Origin: Hormiphora californensis
Lineage: Eukaryota; Animalia; Ctenophora
Length of the DNA: 64,000 nt
Assembly: GCA_020137815.1 (NCBI GenBank)
Contig: CM035356.1
Span: 4,402,001-4,466,000 of the forward strand
Direction of reading: 5' to 3'
The stretch's first letter is position 1. Each line of letters opens with the position of its first letter. The notes below the pieces were generated by a model that did no database searches, had not been told where the DNA came from, and saw only the letters and a program-made list of their open reading frames with translations. Made by a program: the position numbers and the translations under genes. Positions 56,690-64,000 of the stretch are shown in pieces.

Positions 56690-58812
56690 CACCCCCTTTC
56701 AAACTCCCTCAGACACTGCGAATAGTGGAGGAGACAAGAGACATGAACATGAAACACCCCCTTCTAACACCCTCTCCCTCAGACACTGCGAATAGTGGAG
56801 GAGACAAGAGACATGAACATGAAACACCCCCTTCTAACACCCTCTCTCTCAGACACTGCGAATAGTGGAGGAGACGAGAGACATGAACATGAAACACCCC
56901 CTTCTAACACCCTCTCCCTCAGACACTGCGAATAGTGGAGGAGACAAGAGACATGAACATGAAACACCCCCTTCTAACACCCTCTCCCTCAGACACTGCG
57001 AATAGTGGAGGAGACGAGAGACATGAACATGAAACACCCCCTTCTAACACCCTCTCCCTCAGACACTGCGAATAGTGGAGGAGACAAGAGACATGAACAT
57101 GAAACACCCCCTTCTAACACCCTCTCCCTCAGACACTGCGAATAGTGGAGGAGACAAGAGACATGAACATGAAACACCCCCTTCTAACACCCTCTCCCTC
57201 AGACACTGCGAATAGTGGAGGAGACAAGAGACATGAACATGAAACACCCCCTTCTAACACCCTCTCCCTCAGACACTGCGAATAGTGGAGGAGACAAGAG
57301 ACATGAACATGAAACACCTCCTTCTAACACCCTCTCCCTCAGACACTGCGAATAGTGGAGGAGACAAGAGACATGAACATGAAACACCCCCTTCTAACAC
57401 CCTCTCCCTCAGACACTGCGAATAGTGGAGGAGACAAGAGACATGAACATGAAACACCCCCTTCTAACACCCTCTCCCTCAGACACTGCGAATAGTGGAG
57501 GAGACAAGAGACATGAACATGAAACACCCCCTTCTAACACCCTCTCCCTCAGACACTGCGAATAGTGGAGGAGACACGTGACATGAACATGAAACACCCC
57601 CTTCTAACACCCTCTCCCTCAGACACTGCGAATAGTGGAGGAGACAAGAGACATGAACATGAAACACCCCCTTCTAACACCCTCTCCCTCAGACACTGCG
57701 AATAGTGGAGGAGACAAGAGACATGAACATGAAACACCCCCTTCTAACACCCTCTCCCTCAGACACTGCGAATAGTGGAGGAGACGAGAGACATGAACAT
57801 GAAACACCCCCTTCTAACACCCTCTCTCTCAGACACTGCGAATAGTGGAGGAGACGAGAGACATGAACATGAAACACCCCCTTCTAACACCCTCTCCCTC
57901 AGACACTGCGAATAGTGGAGGAGACAAGAGACATGAACATGAAACACCCCCTTCTAACACCCTCTCCCTCAGACACTGCGAATAGTGGAGGAGACAAGAG
58001 ACATGAACATGAAACACCCCCTTCTAACACCCTCTCCCTCAGACACTGCGAATAGTGGAGGAGACAAGAGACATGAACATGAAACACCCCCTTCTAACAC
58101 CCTCTCCCTCAGACACTGCGAATAGTGGAGGAGACAAGAGACATGAACATGAAACACCCCCTTCTAACACCCTCTCTCTCAGACACTGCGAATAGTGGAG
58201 GAGACAAGAGACATGAACATGAAACACTCCCTTCTAACACCCTCTCCCTCAGACACTGCGAATAGTGGAGGAGACAAGAGACATGAACATGAAACACCCC
58301 CTTCTAACACCCTCTCCCTCAGACACTGCGAATAGTGGAGGAGACGAGAGACATGAACATGAAACACCCCCTTCTAACACCCTCTCTCTCAGACACTGCG
58401 AATAGTGGAGGAGACAAGAGACATGAACATGAAACACCTCCTTCTAACACCCTCTCTCTCAGACACTGCGAATAGTGGAGGAGACGAGAGACATGAACAT
58501 GAAACACCCCCTTCTAACACCCTCTCCCTCAGACACTGCGAATAGTGGAGGAGACGAGAGATATGAACATGAAACACCCCCTTCTAACACCCTCTCCCTC
58601 AGACACTGCGAATAGTGGAGGAGACGAGAGACATGAACATGAAACACCCCCTTCTAACACCCTCTCCCTCAGACACTGCGAATAGTGGAGGAGACGAGAG
58701 ACATGAACATGAAACACCCCCTTCTAACACCCTCTCCCTCAGACACTGCGAATAGTGGAGGAGACGAGAGACATGAACATGAAACACCCCCTTCTAACAC
58801 CCTCTCCCTCAG
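56690..58812 (+). repeat. 70-bp minisatellite, 30 copies, equal to acceptor plus start of USP24 exon 8
   Basis: Unit CCCCTTCTAACACCCTCTCCCTCAG|ACACTGCGAATAGTGGAGGAGACAAGAGACATGAACATGAAACA, preceded by degenerate AACACCCCT repeats at 56385-56700. Confidence 0.96.
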
Positions 58813-61800
58813 ATACATTTGCAGTTTCATATTTGTTTCATTTTGAATGCTCTGTTACACTGACATACACCCGTCTAAGTCTCTCTTTAATCCTAAATCT
58901 ATCAATTTACAACCGCATCGCCTAGTCTGGTTCAGTCATTCTGTCAAATAGTGCTCCTTTCCTGTATCTTTCAACACAGTACCTCTAATCCCCACTGTTT
59001 TTACCCCTTGTGTTCGCTGAGTTAACATTTATCCCTATTTGTTAACCTAGTTGATTTTACCTACATTTTCTAACACCTGTCATCCCTCTCCCACCACTGC
59101 ATGTCATGAACTTAGTATGGGTACTTTCTGGCGACGAGGAGGTGGGGAGGAGCTGGGTGGTCTACTGCTGCCGCTGCTGCTGGCTCTACTGGGCGCAGGT
59201 TTGCTGTTTAACCACAACCCCCTTTTCCCTATCTGACATTAACCTTAATCTTCTAGTCATTTGTAATTGCTCTATATGTAACCCTGGCCCTCGCGGACTC
59301 AAAGTTTTGTATAATAATGTTCAGGGTTTGGTTAGTCCGGGTAATCTCAATTCGGTCTCACCGCCCCTGAATATGATCAAGGTTTATGAGGCCCAGGATT
59401 ATGTGTATGACAATTCCATAGATATAGTCATTCTTAATGAAACTTGGCTGAAGAGCAAGGTTTCTTCTACTTCTATATTCCCTGTTAACTACAAATTTTT
59501 TAGACTAGATCGCTCTGGGTACACCCACCCCTGTGATCCTTCAAACCCCTCCAGGTTTAGGGAGAATGGAGGTGGTGTGCTCATTGCTCACCGGGAGAAC
59601 ATTAATATAACCAGTTTTAAATTCGCCAAACCTAATGCTAAGGCGGAGCTTCTTACCATTTTTCTTACTCTCTCATCCGGAAAGAAACTCTGCCTTTCCA
59701 CCTTCTATCGGGTGGGGACACTTGGGGATGTTAACTTTGCTGAGTTCAAGCAGCACTTCGATTGTCTGTTCTCAGCGAGAAGCATCTCCAAGCACATTCT
59801 CATTGGCGATTTTAACTTTTCCCAAGTTAACTGGCCAGCTTCATATCCTCGCAATCGTGTGGAGGAGCTATTTCTATCTTATCTCTTGAGTGACCTCGGT
59901 CACACCCAGCTTATTAGCTCCCCCACACATTGCAAGGGACGTACACTTGATCTTATGTTTACTAACGATCCAGCGTGTGTCACCGATATCAGTGTTCTTG
60001 ATCAGCATAGTTTCTGTTTTAGTGACCACTATCCAGTGTCATTTACTATTAACATTGATATCGGTGGTACCCGTCAGGCTCGGAGAAACATTAGATTATA
60101 CGACAAAGGAGACTATGAGAACATGTCGGCTGATTTGAGCTTTATTGACTGGGTGGCTGAGTTCAATGGTGATATTAATTACAATGTCAATAGATTTAAC
60201 ACCATTTTGTACAGTCTCCTAGACAAGCATGTACCTTCCAAGGCTGTCAAGCCTATTCTTCTCCCCATCTGGTACGGTCATGAATGTGAGAGTGCTAGGG
60301 TGAGAAAGGAGAATCTTAGAAATAGGTGGAAGGAATCTAAATCTCAGACCGACTATGACAATTACAAAGCTGCTAGAAGTCATTTCAAGAATGTGTGTAA
60401 CTCCAGTTCTCGACTATACTGTGACATCGAGGATTGTGACACCGTTAGTAGGAAATTTTGGAGACAGGTTAAAGTTACCTCCAAGTCTACCAGAATACCA
60501 CTCATTGTCAATGATGGTGAGGTGTTTAGGTCTGATTTGGAGGACCAAGCCAACCTTTTCAATAAGCAATTTGCCTCCAATTTTTCTGAATCGAGTAGCT
60601 ATGATATTGATGTTAACAGCAATAACCCCTCCATTCTTTGTGACTTCTCGGCTAGCTCTGTGTACAACGTCTTATCTAAACTCAATGCTCGCAAGGGTCC
60701 TGGTCCCGACAACCTACATAGTATTATTTTCAAGAGATGTGCGGGAGCTCTGGCTTATCCCTTGTCTCTGCTCTTTGAGCAGGCGTACGGCGGCGGCGGA
60801 CTTCCGTCTATCTGGAAATCTGCCAATGTTGTTCCTGTTCACAAGTCTGGAGACAAGAGGGATGTCCGGAACTACCGCCCTATCTCTCTGACCTGCATTG
60901 CGAGTAAAGTTTACGAGAGAATTGTTACACAGCGACTATTAGAACATTGTTACGACAAAATTGACAGTAGACAACACGGATTCTTGCCGGGGAGGTCTTG
61001 TCTGACCCAGCTTGTTTCTGTGTTTGACGACCTAGTTCTGACCGACAATGACAAACGTACCTCTGACCTTATTTATTTTGATTTTAGTAAAGCTTTTGAT
61101 TCCGTTAATCATGATTTAATTCTGCATAAACTTAAAAATAGATTTAATATAGATGGCAATATGCTTTCCTTTATTCGTAATTATCTCTGTGATCGCACTC
61201 AACAAGTGGTTATTGGGGGGAAGTTCTCTTCTAGTCTCAGGGTACTATCCGGTGTCCCACAAGGTAGTATCCTAGGCCCCCTTTTATTTGTACTATTCAT
61301 TAATGACATCACTGAGTGTGTGCATGGTGAGTGTAAGATAGCCTTGTATGCTGATGATCTGAAACTCTGGGCTAAGATCGCTAGTATGCAGGATCACATT
61401 GACATGCAGATCTCTGTTGACAATCTTCACAGCTGGTCAGTCATTAACAAGATGAAGTTTCATCCTAGTAAGTGTAAAGTTGTTTCTACCCGCTCATCAA
61501 GATGTGAGGCTACATGGGGCGAGCTCCCCTGTTTCCTACATTCCTATGTTCTAGGTGATACTGTCTTGGATAATGTCACTGTTCAGAGAGATCTGGGTGT
61601 ACTTGTCAATAACAAACTTTCATGGACTGACCATACTGAGCACATTCTTGAACGCTTCACTGACAGATTCAACCTAGTTCGTAGAACAACCCACTTTGTT
61701 GGCAACCCTCATCAACGCCGAACTCTGTTTCTTACTTTGGTTCGATCTCTTCTTGAGCACTGCTCTCCAGTTTGGGCTCCCCACTCTGTTGGGTTGCTCG

Positions 61801-62906
61801 ATTCACTGGAAGCTGCACAGAAGAGGTCAATCAAGTGGGTACTAGGTGTCTCACACCTCACTAGCTGGAGTATCCAGATCTATCATAGTCACCTTATCAC
61901 ACTGAATATCCTACCTATTAATCTTCAATTCAAGTACAATGACATGAAACTTATGTATAAGGTTATGACTGGTTTAGTACCTGTGATACTTCCAAATTAC
62001 CTGTATATCAAGTCTCTAGACGATGTTTCCTACACTACTAGATCCAATAGGGATATCATTGACAACACTGACTTTACTACTTTATGCTGTACTGTCAAAC
62101 CTTCTAGTGCTGTTTTCCGGAATAGCTATTTCTATCGTTCTTTCTCCTATTGGAACTCTCTTCCTTTATCTATCAGACAGTCACCCACTTTTCCCACATT
62201 TTGTCATCGGCTCAAGTTACACTTGTTTAATTCTATCTCTATCCCTAGCCCCTTCCCGTAACCGTGGTTTTCAGCGTATCTGTTGCCCTCTTCCAGCAGC
62301 GGTCATCGGCGGTGGATTCACCTTCTTCTCCCCTCCCTTCTCCTAGCTAGCAGCCCCTCTACATTTATAAAGCAGTGTGGTGGTGCTTGAGCAAGATGGC
62401 CTTAACTATAAACACTCTTGTATCTGGACTGTATTATAATTTATCTATTACTTGACTAGGTCCCTAACTAGATATTGTCTACTCCTACTTGAGTGGCTTC
62501 TCTTTTACTTGACAGTTTTATGTCGTTGTTCTCGTAACTTATTAACTTGTTGTATTTTGTTTGTGTGTGCTGTGTGTGTTGTGAGTATGTGTGTTGTGAG
62601 TATGTGTGTTGTGAGTGTGTGAGTGTGTGAGATGTATCCATTTGATTTGTGAACCTATATGTTTTTTCTTTTTTCGGCTTAGTATTTAAATCTAACCTTC
62701 CTATTTAGATATCTAATAATTTTACTTTAGTCGTGTGTCTAATTTTAGCTTCTATTTTTAGTAAGAATTATTATGAGTAAGAGCGTTTTGGGTGCCACCT
62801 GTAATTGTGGCTAAGCTGCGTTGGTGGAGCCCGTGGACGATGATATTTAACGTTTTATTTATATTGTTTGTATACCAGTTCTAAATGTTTTCCCGATAAA
62901 AAAAAT
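58813..62906 (+). mobile_element. CR1-group LINE with one intact ORF and about 640-bp 3' UTR
   Basis: Intact APE-RT ORF and an A-rich tail near 62897-62906. Boundaries are approximate and no TSD was seen. Confidence 0.85.
59106..62261 (+). CDS. LINE endonuclease-reverse transcriptase (1051 aa)
   Basis: APE motifs YNNVQG, LNETWL, GGGVLI, IGDFN, TLDL and SDH. RT motifs YRPISL, QHGF, YFDFSKAFDSV, GVPQGSILGPLLF, YADD and RDLGV. Confidence 0.96.
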   Translation: MNLVWVLSGDEEVGRSWVVYCCRCCWLYWAQVCCLTTTPFSLSDINLNLLVICNCSICNPGPRGLKVLYNNVQGLVSPGNLNSVSPPLNMIKVYEAQDYVYDNSIDIVILNETWLKSKVSSTSIFPVNYKFFRLDRSGYTHPCDPSNPSRFRENGGGVLIAHRENINITSFKFAKPNAKAELLTIFLTLSSGKKLCLSTFYRVGTLGDVNFAEFKQHFDCLFSARSISKHILIGDFNFSQVNWPASYPRNRVEELFLSYLLSDLGHTQLISSPTHCKGRTLDLMFTNDPACVTDISVLDQHSFCFSDHYPVSFTINIDIGGTRQARRNIRLYDKGDYENMSADLSFIDWVAEFNGDINYNVNRFNTILYSLLDKHVPSKAVKPILLPIWYGHECESARVRKENLRNRWKESKSQTDYDNYKAARSHFKNVCNSSSRLYCDIEDCDTVSRKFWRQVKVTSKSTRIPLIVNDGEVFRSDLEDQANLFNKQFASNFSESSSYDIDVNSNNPSILCDFSASSVYNVLSKLNARKGPGPDNLHSIIFKRCAGALAYPLSLLFEQAYGGGGLPSIWKSANVVPVHKSGDKRDVRNYRPISLTCIASKVYERIVTQRLLEHCYDKIDSRQHGFLPGRSCLTQLVSVFDDLVLTDNDKRTSDLIYFDFSKAFDSVNHDLILHKLKNRFNIDGNMLSFIRNYLCDRTQQVVIGGKFSSSLRVLSGVPQGSILGPLLFVLFINDITECVHGECKIALYADDLKLWAKIASMQDHIDMQISVDNLHSWSVINKMKFHPSKCKVVSTRSSRCEATWGELPCFLHSYVLGDTVLDNVTVQRDLGVLVNNKLSWTDHTEHILERFTDRFNLVRRTTHFVGNPHQRRTLFLTLVRSLLEHCSPVWAPHSVGLLDSLEAAQKRSIKWVLGVSHLTSWSIQIYHSHLITLNILPINLQFKYNDMKLMYKVMTGLVPVILPNYLYIKSLDDVSYTTRSNRDIIDNTDFTTLCCTVKPSSAVFRNSYFYRSFSYWNSLPLSIRQSPTFPTFCHRLKLHLFNSISIPSPFP

Positions 62907-63129
62907 ATCTGATCTCTAACGCACTCAATACCTGCTCGTTTTCTTGTACTAGTCGCTTATCGCGTGTAACAACTCACAATTGTTCTTATCTGTCCCACCC
63001 GTCTTGTCCTATAGAACATCGTACACAAACTACACATCCTAGTGACGCTACAATCTGTCCCACCTCTTAATTGTATTTGATCATTTTTGTTCATCTTGAT
63101 CTCTTATACTGGAAGTGGAAATGGTACAC

Positions 63130-64000
63130 CTCTCATCTGATCACCAAAAACATCACGGTACACGGTGCACCAGAAGGATCGTCAACCCAAAAGTGAGCCC
63201 GCAAAACAAACTTTTGTTGGGGGTGACCCAGGAGGCCTTCCTGAACATCCCCACGGTGAGAAAAGTATATGTTATCGGGGGAAATTTTTGTTAAAATCGA
63301 AAAAACTGGTTTTTGGTCCAAATTTGTGCATAACTTACTTGACTGCCGTTTGATGAAATATCTGATTGACATAAAATAAGTATACAAGACCTATTTTTGC
63401 ACGAGGAATCGATTGCCGGTGGAGAGAAATCTCTAAAATGACCGGAAAATTGTCAAATATGGGAATTTTGTCATTTTTTTGAGGTTTTTGGCCCTTTAAC
63501 CATTGAAAACGTTGAGATAGGAAGTTGGCAATAGCGCCAATCGTTAAAATGGTCATTTTTCTACGGGATCCCAAAATTTCATGTATATCCGATTTATGGT
63601 TAGATTTTGGCAAACTATTGAGATGTGCTTACTGAAAAAATGATAACTTGATTTTCTCGTTTTTTGCGATTTTTTAACTTTTGACAGAATTCTGATTGAA
63701 ATGGCCGATCAGAGCCATGCTAAAGTTGTTTATGGGACAATTTTCGACCAAAATCCAAGATTTCATGCAAATCCAATGACAGATCATTGATTTATAGAAA
63801 GTTGAAATAGGCAAAAAAGGCCAATTTTTACCATGAAAATAAAAATTCACACTTTTTCTGGTCAATTTCCGTCAACAACTGGTACCCTACCTATTTTTGC
63901 ACGTAGAATCGATTGCCGGTGGAGTGGATCCTCTTAAATGATTGGAAAGCGGTCGAAATGCCATTTTTTGGAGGCCCAAAAAACCGCCCAAAAATGGCAT
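63130..64000. mobile_element. Non-coding repeat, probable DNA-transposon internal region (runs off window)
   Basis: The motif CTATTTTTGCACG(A/T)(G/A)GAATCGATTGCCGGTGGAG recurs at about 63390 and 63890 and, inverted, at about 23605-23640. Confidence 0.5.

Noticed and set aside
56709-58787. Array of 62-aa minus-strand ORFs resembling a peptide gene cluster
   Set aside because: Antisense translation of the 70-bp repeat; the plus-strand reading is a USP24 acceptor plus exon start.

Overview
Repeat-rich eukaryotic (animal) genomic DNA with many short GT-AG introns, not prokaryotic. From recall, the MITE families resemble ctenophore (Pleurobrachia-like) repeats; this was not checked. Genes reconstructed by hand: an HD-superfamily phosphohydrolase (-), a mucolipin/TRPML channel (-), a CD36/SR-B scavenger receptor (-, about 26 kb) whose introns host an antisense class-A GPCR, an antisense F-type-lectin-like gene and a 9.6-kb foldback element, a 65-aa secreted, probably amidated peptide precursor (+), and the 5' part of a USP24-like gene (+). 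Mobile DNA: an L2-like LINE, an intact CR1-group LINE, an RTE fragment, a tRNA-derived SINE head and many MITEs. The most striking pattern is that most intronic minisatellites and short duplications, in five different genes, are tandem copies of the neighbouring exon/intron boundary itself (2 to about 70 copies of donor or acceptor sites). In the cases that could be checked, the copy touching the exon gives the homology-consistent reading frame. All coordinates were read by eye and may be off by a few bases.
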